From NCBI GenBank assembly GCA_002633005.1, contig NMRA01000197.1:62001-126000 (forward strand): a stretch of DNA of 64,000 bases. The letters run 5' to 3'. This document shows positions 1-12,169 of the stretch, piece by piece. The stretch comes from Phoronis australis (lineage: Eukaryota > Animalia > Phoronida). Every line of letters begins with the position of its first letter. The stretch's first letter is position 1. Both the position numbers and the translations under genes were made by a program. The notes under the pieces were generated by a model that did no database searches, was not told the origin of the DNA, and worked only from the letters and a program-made list of their open reading frames with translations.

Positions 1-1203
1 TTCATGACTAAACATCATTTAGGAATTATGAAGTGGGAACATAGGACCAAATTTCTGCCTTAAGTCACTTTTTGTGAAACAGGCCCCAGACTGTGATTGG
101 CTAATACTTACTAGTAATGGGTGAACCTTGGGAGTAAGAGCGACACCTGTAGGTTGTGAACGTTATTAGTTAGGAAGCTGTAAGAAAAGCTTGGGGTCAG
201 TTTTGTTGAAATCCATTTCATAAACATTGACAGCACCTCTATGCCAATTTGGTTCATGACGGTAAATCTCCTGCATTGTGAGTATTATTGAGATGCTGCA
301 TATCACTACTAGGGTTGGACAATGGCACTCAATAGTGAAAGAAAAATACTGGACGTAAAATATTCACAGTGAAAGTAGCGAGTTTCTGTAAATCATCATA
401 CAAAAATTTGAGTACACAAAATATGCTCAAGAATAACATTGGCTTCATTTAGATAAATACAAAAGATAACATCGCTGCCCAGAAATCAAATTCCTTTGGG
501 AACATTGCCGAGTGTCACTGTCTGTATATCGGCAAAAAATACCACTAGTTTGTTTGCTAAAGCCTGAAGTTTGTCCAGTTAGGGGACACAGTTATAAGCA
601 GAAACCCAATTATATTTTTTTCAGTATACATTTATTTATTTTTCTTAAGTCATAATATAGTTAAATGGTTATTGTTATGCAGTCCAAAATTTTTGTACAT
701 GACTGTCTTGTAAACACTATCATTTCTCAGTCATTAATTTGTAGCAGCCATTGTTGAACTGTCATAATCATGATGGTATTGATAGAACATATAATCTTGT
801 TGTTTTCAATCAATTGTAATCTTTGTACAGTTTTAAGTGGTGTTTTGTTTCTTGAAAACTTAACAACTTATTACTTAAAATGGCTTAATATTCTTATTAA
901 TATGACATAGACCAGAAATTGAATTTCAGGCCTCAAATGTTTGGCCGGGGTACAAAGAATGGGGCTTTCTATATTAATGCAGGCCACCCCGCTATAAGGG
1001 GTCTGAAGAAGGAGGCCACCTATATTGATAAAGGAAGGCTCGCTTTTCAGCCACCTTCGGGCAGGGTGACCTATATTAATATAGTACCTGTTTTTGCGGC
1101 CCAAAATTCAATTTCTTGCCTATGTCATTTTTAGAAGTTTTCAAATAAGTCATGATGTTACTGCCAAGCCTGTCTAAGTGTGTTGTCTATGTTTTGTTCT
1201 TAG

Positions 1204-1315
1204 GACATTGTGCAAGGCTCAATAGGCAATCCGTCAAATGAGAGTTTGACAGAAAAAGAGAATCCTGCCAAAATATCCACTGCCATGTTTTATTCGATAA
1301 CCTCCACTCAAAAAG
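1204..1315 (+). CDS. MLYCD: Malonyl-CoA decarboxylase, internal exon (upstream exons lie outside the window)
   Basis: Acceptor ttgttcttag at 1203 and GT donor at 1316. Translates DIVQGSIGNPSNESLTEKENPAKISTAMFYSITSTQK-G, containing the MCD motif TAxFYSI(S/T)xTQxGL. Phase matches the next exon. Confidence 0.88.
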
Positions 1316-2580
1316 GTTTGTTTTTATTGAATGTTTGCTGTGCTTGGTAAAAATTCATTTGATTTATTCTTAAACAATGCACTCTCGTAAGTAGTTTATA
1401 CCATTCAATTTATACATTATGTACTCTTGTGGTGATAAAGTTTATTATGATAAACATGTTTGATGTGAAAACCAGTTTCTTTGATTTTGAAAAGATTTCA
1501 AAAAGTCTATTTCAAATTTAGTCAATGGTCTGTTGATATCTGTTTACCTTGTATACGTTTTTCTTTTACACGTTTACAAAAGGTTGTTGACGCATTTATG
1601 TAGTGCTTAAAAATACTTTAATATTAAATGTTACATTTAGGATATCGTGGAGAAGTCGGTGCATTTATCCAAATGTCTAGAAACTAATGAAATTAGCTTT
1701 TAAAGAATTTATCCTATACGCGTGATGATATGACCATGACATACGATTGTATTGGAACTACTTTTCCTTATCAGGTGCCCATTTGATCTGAAATTCCGTA
1801 TCAAGCATCCGTTTGGTTCAGAATTTGAGGAAAATCAATTTTTGCTTTTTTATGTGCTCACATTTGTTCGCGAGCTGTCATTTGTCAGGCATCCTTCCGG
1901 CCGTCTACAGCAGCTGTAACTCTTAAGCCCCAAGCAGTCATTTTGACTTATCAGAATGACATAGGCAAGAAATCCATTTCCGAGCTTCAAAAATGGAGCC
2001 CCCGGCATTAGTGTAGTGGGCCCCACCTGAAGGCGACCAAAAAGTGAGGCCGCTCATAAGAGGGCCCCTTCTGAAGGTGGCCAAAAAGCTGGGCCAATTA
2101 TATAATGTACTAGGTGTCTGCTCTTGGGGGTCTTCGGGTGTGGCTGGAAAATGAATATTAATTTTGCTTTTGTCATTTTAATAAGAATGAATCTTTTATA
2201 ATAATGAGCTGTTTATTATTGTGATAGTAATTATTTATCTTGCATTCATTGCTACTCCTTTGTGTTCACCCGGTTCAATATTTCATGGAGTTTTGGACTC
2301 ATGTAAATAGTTAACTCCAAAAATAATCAAACGAAATGACTGCAGTTCCAGGTCATGATGGCAGAGTGCCAGAAGAGGCATTGGATTGACTAGGCTGACT
2401 GGCAAAACAGTGCCTTTTCTAATTCGTTTGAGCGTATATATTGTAGATACAAAGAAATGGGTTGAAACATATCATTGTAGCAATCCGATGGAAGTGGAAA
2501 TCCCAGCTAAAATTGATTTTGGATGGACAAATTTCAGCAGTAATACTTGAGTTATTCACCTTCCTTTTTCTTGTGAACAG

Positions 2581-2739
2581 GTTTACAGGGTATTGAAATG
2601 GGTAACTACCTTATCAAAAGAGTAGTGCGTGAACTACTGTCAGAATTTCCACACATGAACCAGTTTTCAAGTTTATCTCCAATCCCTGGCTTCAGGGACT
2701 GGCTGCTTGGGGTTATCGGCAAAGCTGCTCATTTACAAG
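2581..2739 (+). CDS. MLYCD: Malonyl-CoA decarboxylase, internal exon
   Basis: Acceptor ...gaacag and donor gtaagt. Translates [43 protein letters not shown], containing the MCD motifs GxxLIKRVV and [10 protein letters not shown]. Phase 1 at both ends. Confidence 0.95.
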
Positions 2740-3306
2740 GTAAGTTTCAAAGAAAATTCTTATGATACATGGGACTTTACGAATTAATTTCTGTTTCATA
2801 TTTACTGGGTTTTTGGACCTGTCCAGTTTTTATGCATCCTAGCTCTCTCCATTTTCAGTTCCTCACATGTCCATTGTTTTTCTTAATTTTCCTGTAAGTG
2901 GCATAAAATTTTGTAAATCTTGTGTATGAAAAGGAAAATCAAACTGCTTAGTAGGCAGTGCCGACAACCTGTGGTAACAAAATAAATGCAAACAATTTAC
3001 TTTGGGCCTCCGCAGTTGGATATCCCAGATCTTGGTACTAGCTTGAGCTGAGCAAAGTTTATGTAATGTTAAATGTCGAGCTAAATTGGTAAGTGTTTGC
3101 TGCAGTTTGAAAGGGAATTTGTGACCAAAGCTAGGTTCCTATGCTTTGTATGATGATGATAATGACAACTTGAAAATTACGAAATGAAATTCCCTGGTAG
3201 TTTGAAATATTTTTGCAGCCTTATTCCTCAGGTATCGTGCGTTTTGTCTCTATGTTGAAAGAATAAACTAATTATTAAATTCTCATAGCAAAGTGTTGTT
3301 TTTCAG

Positions 3307-3546
3307 AAATAGGTGAAGAAGTATCACAGAATCCATTCACATCTGAAGAAATGGAAGCCATTAAGAGCTCTTTACCAAAGGAATTGGAAAATAAATGTGC
3401 TCTTGAGTCTTTAAAGAAGTGCATATCTAGTAACAGTTGGATACAGTACACCTCACTATCAAAAATACTAGAAGTTCCTCTCTTGAGGCTTTGCGCACGA
3501 TATCTGTATGTGGAGAAGCGGAGAGGCTTTGCACTCAACCCTGTTG
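3307..3546 (+). CDS. MLYCD: Malonyl-CoA decarboxylase, internal exon
   Basis: Acceptor tttttcag and donor gtaagg. Ends PLLRLCARYLYVEKRRGFALNPV, the conserved MCD segment that continues as ANFHL in the next exon. Confidence 0.95.
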
Positions 3547-3996
3547 GTAAGGAGAAGACGTGTTTGTCTCAGCAGTTCTTATGCATGGCAAATTGAGTAG
3601 TCCACGGTTTTGTCCAGGAACTGCTTTGAATATTTGATTGGGAAGGAACGATTAACGAATGAATGCATGTCAGTTTGCAATTTACAGGGAAGGGACAGAA
3701 AGACTTGTTAAATCAAAATGTTGCGAAATTTAACTATTAGTTTTTAAAAATGTTGCTATTATGTCATCCTCAAAAAATCACCAACACACACGTCTCATTT
3801 TCTGTCACACAACTACGTATGCTCAATTTTAGAGTGCATTTGAAAATCATGATGAAGAAAAAAAATCCAACCCATTTGCAAGATCCAACCATGTTTTTGC
3901 TGTACACTCTAGGGTCCAATATCAACAATGAAAAAAATATAAAAAAATAAATTTCGCTTGTCCGCTATCTTGTGTTCTAAATTAGTGAGATTTTAT

Positions 3997-4797
3997 GGGT
4001 TGTTCTAAAACCCCTCCACCACCACTCCCTACCACCCCCTTGACCCTTGACCCCCTCAACCCACAACCTCCATGACCCACCACTTACAATACCCAAAGCC
4101 GGGCTATTGACCCACCTTTGGCTTCGCTAAGTCCGGGTGGTATTAAGAACACTGTACAGTTGCACAAACCGGGACAACTTGAAGCAAACAACCCCTCATT
4201 TCAAATGCACCATAAACAAAGCGTATGATCGAAACAGGAACAAGTCTGGCCGTGAGCTCAGCTGACTTTTCCCCATTTTTTGCAATTAAGGGATTAAATG
4301 TGGCGAGTTCGAAAGCCAAAAACAGAAAAAACAATGCGACCATTGGCAAATAAATTCAAAGACTTATCAACGTTACAAATGTCGTTCCTCGCAAAGTGTA
4401 ATCGTCTTGTCGGCTCTTCAGTGAATGGCAGACCCCAGATATTTTTGGAAGTGTATGAGGCCACGAATATGTAATTTCTACTAATCAGTAATAAGTGCTT
4501 TCTCCCTAAGTTAAGTAGAACAGGACCATTGATAGCTACTTGTGGAAATATTTCCGTGACAATGATAGCAGGCTCACAATACGCTATTTCATGTTCTTAC
4601 TCCACGTTCTGTTCTTAACAACCAGCCTTGAACCAGTGCAGATTCATGTAGAAAAGTCTTATCTCTTCAGTAACATAATAAGATTGTGGGATGTGTAAAA
4701 AGCACAAAGTGCCTCTTGCTACTGGTTGTGAGTCAAAAGAGTTGTGGGTCGAGAGGGTCGTGGAGTGTGGTTTTCAATTGGGCTTTAGAGCAAACCC
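3997..4797. mobile_element. Non-autonomous Mutator-like (MULE) element inside an MLYCD intron
   Basis: Imperfect TIRs gggttgttctaaaaccc / gggctttagagcaaaccc. Flanked by a 9-bp duplication agattttat / agattttac. Confidence 0.6.
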
Positions 4798-6075
4798 AGA
4801 TTTTACCCCATTCACTTCAGCAGTGAAATTGCACTTGCACTTATCACATTAGGTGTAATGGGTTACTGAAGAGTGATAAAGTCATGATTGTAGCCCACAA
4901 GAGCCATGTAAAATTGTGTTCTACAGCTTAATATCAGCAGAACTTTTTCCATCCTTAATGTTGTTCTTGTGGTACATACTTTTGCTGCAGAGATTGGAGA
5001 TGGTCATGGAATCACAAATTACACTTATCAACAGTCCCACTGTTACACTGAAGACTCTACAGTGAACTTGACAGTGGATAATCTGGAGCAGGGTCGGATG
5101 TACCTTGCTGATCCACTTAAGTCATAATCAAGTAATTAATAAAAGTAAAGGGCCTGGCCGTTTGACCTTAGTACGCCTGGTGCACCAGAAAAAGCTCTAT
5201 GATCAGGTCACCACCTGTTTTTAAGCAAAGTCTTCCAAGCAGACAATGCGGTGGTTGTCTTGACATCACAAACGAACCGTTTTAATTGGCGATTGTATGA
5301 CGAACAAAGTAATTTTGCGCATTACTCGATGAGTTTAAAGATTTGGAAAAGAGCAAACTTGAGTTTTGAAGCGAAGAATTTTTCCAAAAATAAGTGCCCG
5401 CTTTGTTAGTTGCCTTAAATATTAGTGGTGGACAGTGTCACCTAGTCAGTGGGTAAGTGTCCCCTTACTTTACTCAAGGTCGTGTATTCGAGTTCCAATG
5501 TGGCACACTGCTAGACCCTTGAGTCAGGTCTCGGGCTCCTCATCTCAGTCTCACTATATATTATTAGCGCATAAAAATGATTCCAGGTGATAGTGCAGTT
5601 GGCCCATTTGCAATTATTTTTTTAACATGTCAGCAAAAGCAAGTCCAGCAAGAAGTTGAAGGTCTAATGTTGGACTAAGATTCAGATGTAATTCTTTGTG
5701 GACTGTTCCCACATTTTTATAGTTGGGTTTACATGGATCGCAATTAAATGTAAACATTGACTTGTCTACCCTTGTTCATTGCCACAGGTGCTCTTGCAGT
5801 ATGCATTCTTGACCAACTTGAAACCGCAGACTCGCGTATCATTCAACTGTAAAATTTGAAGTCAAACGTTATCTTCGGCTTCGTTGGGAATCCTAGTATT
5901 GAGGAAATTATTATATCTCAAGTACAAGACAGGATTATATGCGTACGGGAGGGTCACATGACCTTCATTTTAGCACTGCTCAACCAAGTTAAATTGATAG
6001 CCTTGAAAAGTCAAACTCATGGTTATGAAAGTCCAGTTTTGTCGACTGTTGTATCCGTTTCATTTTATTTTTCAG

Positions 6076-6338
6076 CCAACTTTCATTTACGAAATGGTGC
6101 TGTTTTATGGAGAATTAATTGGCTTGCGGACTGCACCCCGAGGGGTCTCTCAGCGTCATGTGGGCTTATGGTCAATTACCGCTACTTTTTGGACGAGACT
6201 GAGACCAACAGTTGCAGATACATGGAGTCAAAATGCATTCCACTCTCCTTAGCTGTGCTGGACATTGTAAAGACATTACCAGAAAGTTCCGTTTCATGTC
6301 TGGAAAATTCACTCTCAAGTTCTGACTCAAGCAGCTGA
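6076..6338 (+). CDS. MLYCD: Malonyl-CoA decarboxylase, last coding exon
   Basis: Acceptor ttatttttcag. Translates ANFHLRNGAVLWRINWLADCTPRGLSASCGLMVNYRYFL (catalytic-His region FHLxNGA and the MVNYxY motif), ending at TGA 6336-6338. Confidence 0.95.
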
Positions 6339-6586
6339 GCAGTTGACTGAAGTTAGCTGGCTGTGACACTCAGAATATAAAAAAGACCTATTTTTGGGCA
6401 TCCACAAAAATTGTTGTTGTATCAAGTCAGAAACCTATCCATCGTCCATTTGTCGTCTGACTGAGCATGACGAAGTTTGTAAAACATTATGTGGCAGGGA
6501 GGCAATTGTAGCATCAGTTAAGTATTACAGCTCTTTCATACTGAATTAACTCCGGTCTGAGTGAAGGTTCGACGTAAACTGCGAAG

Positions 6587-7260
6587 TTAAAGGAGTATGC
6601 CACCCAAAAAAACAAAATATTTTGTATCAATTTAGATCGAGTAGCTCCACTCGGTAACAACAAGTTCAGTTGTTTTACCTGACACCTGATGGCAGATGGA
6701 GGTGTTGAAATTAACCAATGACGTAATCAGTTGGAACGCAGTCTGTGTTCAGCCGTTCACACCACGCTTACTGGTGTCAACTTATCGCTTGAATGCATCG
6801 TTTTTCACCAATAAATCATCAAATTTCGATGTAAAACCCTTACAAGTACATCGAGTTCTTGAACTAACATGTTGTTTTATTTCACTGTTACGGAGGTATG
6901 AACGTACGATATCCTACATAGTTGGGTCAAGGAGTGTAGACTCCTATGTTCGGTAGGCCAATTTATCATGGTCGATCGCAGGAGTTAGGGTCTGTTTGGT
7001 GATAAATTCGAATCATTCTTCCGTGAAATATAGACATATAAGATAACTGTGTTTTGCTTCCAAACTTGCGATTTTTTCAGTTCTAAACAGACAAAACGCT
7101 TGTTATCCCAGCCAGTGTCTGGGACCCTGATCAGGCCCGTTGCGGCCGCCGGGACTGGACATCACGAACATAAACCAGCTTAAATTGGAAACTAAACCTC
7201 CAGTCACGAAAAGACTATACTAGTGAGTCAAAGAAATAATGTACACTTAATTATTTCGGT
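6587..7260. mobile_element. Truncated copy of the Kolobok-type element (one end only)
   Basis: TTAA followed by AGGAGTATGCCACCC, then sequence colinear with 30738-31430. Confidence 0.8.
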
Positions 7261-7931
7261 GACAATCGGTCCATTTTCGTAGATACATAAACATGTGAGT
7301 CAGAAACCAACAATCAAATTCATGAGCAATGCATTTACCTTGATTTAATGACTTAATTCCTTTTTGATCCCCTGTCAGTAAGTTTAAACGACAAAACTTG
7401 TACCGAAGTCAAAAAGCAATGCATTTATTGTCATATGAATTGTGAGTAAATTTTTCGGAACTGTCCGAATTTCATCAATGTCTTTGAGAGTAATATACTT
7501 AAAAGCGTCACACTTTACTATTTGGGGATCGGATTATAGTGTATATTCTAAATTCAGGCTGCAACTAAACTCACTGATCTCATTTCTTAAAATATTGGCT
7601 TCTAATTGTCAAAAATCATCTAATATTAACCTGTGGGTTTTCGTAGATACATAAACATGTAAATCAGAAACCAACGAATTTGCTTATCAAAATGGAATGT
7701 TATAAGCAATTTTTTGAGGCATGCTTGCAGATTTTTGACGGGGATCATGGGAGATGGGGCATTCATGTTAAGGTGTACTTTTGCTCATTTTAGAAGTACA
7801 TATATCGGTTCACGAGTTTAACTTGAACTCCAAAAAAGGCTGAAATATATGTTTATTGCGAGTATTTTGAGTACCCAGGTTCGACATGTACACATTCATC
7901 ACAAATAGTAGCCGCTAGTCTTTTCGACATT

Positions 7932-8285
7932 GTAACCTTCCTCGGCATGAAAGCCGGTTGTACGATTTCACAAAAGAAAAACAAGAAAATAGATGTAATC
8001 GATTCCAACATTGGGCCCTCTCTTCGTGAGCGACCCCTTAAGAATTTGTCAGTAAAACAAGAAAAGAATGGCCACTCGAATGTCATCAGTGGGCCTCTTA
8101 AATAGCTGGGCCCCTAAATAAGAAAAGATCTTTATTTTCAAAAATCAGGAAATACGCAGCAATTGACGTTATAATACGATGAATGTTTTCAGTCATCCAG
8201 TTGGGTCATAGTAAAAGAATCAATAAAATATTACTGGACTTACCGTACTTCATCAGGCCACTGAGTTGTTACGTGACTTGTCATG
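7932..8285 (+). repeat. Dispersed repeat, copy 1 (direct repeat of about 10910-11305)
   Basis: Near-identical sequence from gtaaccttcctcg-catgaaagccggttgtacg to ggccactgagttgt-acgtgacttgtc at both positions. Confidence 0.85.
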
Positions 8286-10909
8286 TCACATGACAAGTCA
8301 CGCAAAGTTGTCGTGAGGACTCGATTGGGACCTCAGGGGTCTCACGCTCCACCGGCTAATTTGAAAAGGCTTTGTCCAGTCACGCGTTGTGGGTAATGAA
8401 TCGAGATAATGATACCAACAGCCGACGCGACAAGCAGAACTACTTTCTTTTACTTCATTTGTGCACTAACTGGAGAAATTTAGAATTAGACTTTTAAACA
8501 CTATCCGATCTTCAACTTTTTTCGGGAGACTTAAACCTCAGTGTAGTTTGCGCAAAGACGATGTGCAATTTTGGAGGTGTATTGACGATGATCAACGTTA
8601 AAACGGAGAGCAAATAAGTGCGTAATTGATCATCCAATCGGTAGTTTTGCGAGAAAGCGACGACCTTGCCGAAATTGAATGACGGAAACCCTTGAAAATC
8701 ATTATAAGCAAGAAAGAGAAAACAAATATTTTCTGACGTTTAGGCTCATTAACTTTGAGTAACCGAAACGTCGCAAATATGTTCCGTCTTCTCTTGCGCG
8801 CTCATAATCAGATTCCTATAACTAGTGTTATGGCCAAAAACCGAGTTAGGAAACATCTAGACTAAAATCTTGATGGTATCTTATTTTGCCAGCGACCATA
8901 CACGGTATAAAAATGAATGAAAAGCTGAATTAGGCGAAACTTGACTTGCTGGAATTCTCGTCAAGGAACGCATAAATATTGTTTGAAAGAGCCAAAATCC
9001 ATCCAAGTCGAAGTGGCCATAACGGAGCGATATGGAGATTTAAAATGACGTGATTTATCCATTTTTTCAGTTGCTGTGTACCTAAATTAACTGGCACAGA
9101 AAAAATGACTTAGGCCTACAGTACGATTTTCTGAAACGTACCTCAGCGAAATCGTCAAAGAAAAAAGCGCCACTTGCCACCTAAAACGGACAAAAACAAC
9201 CAAAGCGCGCAACGCGTCGCTTACCTGAAAAAGTAACTCTTTCACTTGTTGTTTGTGGTTAAACATGTGATGTGTNGTAACAGACAATAATATGAGTGGA
9301 TATGATCATGTGGTTTTTATTAGCCAATCGCTAAATAAGTAGAATGTTATATTATGGGCTGAAATCAACAAGATAATTAGATGCGCTATAACAGTTGAAG
9401 CATCAGACTTGCTACGGTGTACAGAAGCAGTTGTACGACAGAGCCATCTCGTGGAAGATTCTAGAAGGGATCTTGGCAAGGGCAAGGGTTAACGAACAGG
9501 AAGTTAACTAAGAGCTTATCACTTGCATCGTGGGTAGTAAGGTACTACCTGAAGTGTTGCGTCATCAGCCAGAGACTGTGACCAGCAAGAAGAGTCGCGG
9601 GTTGAAGAAATTGCCTGCAAGTGTTGCATCACCAGAGACGGTGACCAGTGGGTACACTGTCGCTATACAGTGTATGTAGTTCGAAGATTCACCAACAGGA
9701 CAGACATCCAACAAGTGGAGAGTCCTAGCTTGGATAGCAGATAAGGTGGCACTGAATAGTTAGGCTGCGGCCGCGGCCAATTTGCACTGCCAAAATATAG
9801 AAATTTTGGGGTAGGCCAAGTTTGGGGGCATTTTGTAGGTGGGCATTGCACGTAGGCTCAGTGAATGTGGTTTGTCTGTATTTGTGAACATGCTGTGAAT
9901 AAAAAAAGGCCACTTTCTTGGCTGTAGCTGCACCCTTCTTCAAGATGGCGGCCCCCGGCTGCAATTGTGCATTGTTGGGTAGCGACCGAGAAATTGGCTG
10001 TGATTTTAGGTAGCCCTCAAACAAGCAAGAATTGCCAAAAAACTAGTCGGTTGACAGTACTTTTGGACCACATTTTCGGAATCGGTAGGAAATTTGCTTT
10101 CAGACTCTAATGTTGGTTTTAGTCGTGCATCGGCAGGGAAGTGGTGTTTTTCGGGTGAAAAGTGCCGATTTTGCATTTTTTTGCCCTTATTTTTCTTAGT
10201 CTAGCTTGGTTTTCAGTGGGAATGAAATGGTCAAAAATACAAGAAAGAATAAAGTTTCTGTGCTCATCTGCTGGGCTTTTTATGTGAAATAATTGAAAAC
10301 ATGCCATTCTTTGCATCCTGTTTTTGACAGAGTGAAGAAAAGGTTACAAATCAAGTGATGTGTGTTTTGCTAGGCAAAACCCAGTGAGAACTGTTCTGTG
10401 CCTCCTAAGACATTTGATCGTTTTGGTTGTTTGATTAAAGTAATCTTTAAAGAGGGCGCTAGCGTAGTTACTCTTTGTAGTTGATTACTTAATTAACAAT
10501 AGGTTTCATTTGTCTAATTAGGGGTTATCATATAATAGTTTAATTACTGGATTTGATTATTCACTCTTCGTCTACGCACGCACAATCTCTAAGCATAGCT
10601 ACCTTTTAAACAAACCCACAGTCAATCATCTGACACTGTTTCTGTTTCTGTTGATAAAGGAAGTTATTAAATCCGAAAATTTCAAATTTCAGTTGATCAA
10701 TTCTATTGTTGTTTTATTTACCGATTTGAATTCCTTACAAACAGTTTCTAGTAACGACCTTCAACAGATGTACTATTCTTGTGATACTATGGGAAAAAGT
10801 AAAATTATCATTATTTTATAACTAACCATCGGAAATGATGAAAGGCTAAACATCATTAAGGTTGAAAAGGAGTTGCAGTTCATTCCATCGTCGGGTGTCC
10901 CTGCAAGAA

Positions 10910-11305
10910 GTAACCTTCCTCGCCATGAAAGCCGGTTGTACGATTTTCACAAAAGAAAAACAGGAAAATAGATGTAATCGATTCCAACATTGGACCCTTT
11001 CTTCGTGAGCGGCCCCTTAAGAATTTGTCAGTAAAACAAGAAAAGAATGGTCACTCGAATGTCATCATTGGGCTTCTTAAATAGTTGGGCCCCTAAATAA
11101 TGAAGAAAAGATCTTTATTTTCAAAAGTCAGGAAATACGCACCAATTGATGTTATATGAATACGATGAATGTTTTCAGTCATCCAGTTGGGTCATAGTAT
11201 GAGAATCAATAAATCTATTACTGGACTTACAGTACGTGGAGATGGCTACGTTGCGTCCTCCTCTCGAGGACTTCATCAGGCCACTGAGTTGTCACGTGAC
11301 TTGTC
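10910..11305 (+). repeat. Dispersed repeat, copy 2
   Basis: Matches 7932-8285, with an extra ~30 bp near its 3' end. Confidence 0.85.
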
Positions 11306-11449
11306 TTGTGATCTGTCGTACAGTTTCCGCGGGATTCTCTTCAGCGCCCTATCCCATGTCCTAGGTAAGTGGGGGACGCCCCGCCCCCCCCCCCCACTTC
11401 CTACGGCCGTGTGTTATGATGTCAACTTTACGTAGATCAACACCAAAAC

Positions 11450-12060
11450 AGGAAAACACAAGGAAAGCTATACGTTGTTACCATTCCAGCAGAGACATGC
11501 CACATTTGTCTCGTCTTCAATCTCCGAAAAAGATTCGCGCTGCGTTTTCTTCATGTCCTCGTCGGCACTGGGCAGTTCACATGCAGACTCACGATTCATT
11601 CGCACTGTACCAACATACGGAGGGGTTCTTCAGTTTCTCAATCAGCGGTATTGAAGAGAAAAAGTTGTCAGCAAATAAGTTGAAATTTCGAGCACCGTCA
11701 TCCTGCTCAATCGCTCCAACAGAGCGCCCTAACTATGAGTGTCTGACACTTTCTCCTCTTCACGCAGTGGCTTGTAAAGATCAAAATCATAGATAACCCT
11801 ATCTGGGTGTGCTCTCTGCCACAGTTTCAGTCCCATTTATGAGGATTATTCGGCATGTACACTCTGAGACCTTTAAAAGGAATGATTATCTCATCAATAC
11901 TCTGCTTGATGCTCTTTAGGGGAAATTTTCATGAACTTTGGTTGCACGGAATCGATTAACCAGTTTCCAAAGTTTTTCAGACATTTGTGCCTGAGTTACG
12001 GTGTTATATACAAAGTGAATGACCGACAAAAATCGAGCCAAAGGTCATGTTACCAGTATG
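11450..12060 (-). mobile_element. Degraded piggyBac transposase fragment
   Basis: Minus-strand translation across frameshifts: RFLSVIHFVYN...KLWKL...SIDEIIIPFKGLRVYMPNNPHKW-GLKLW...IYDFDLY...LFADNFFSSIPLIEKLK...YVGTVRMNR...CWNGNNV. These are the piggyBac motifs IDE, DN(F/Y)F and GTVRxNR. Confidence 0.88.
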
Positions 12061-12169
12061 ATTTCATATTGGGCGTTTTCAATAATCCCATATAGAAAAA
12101 CATGTCAAGTACTCTAATTGTTCACATGATATACTGTCCTACGGGCCATAATTATTTTCCTCAATGACA

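Noticed and set aside
5425-5600. tRNA-like A/B-box sequence in an MLYCD intron
   Set aside because: No cloverleaf can be formed. At best it is a decayed tRNA-derived SINE, too weak to call.
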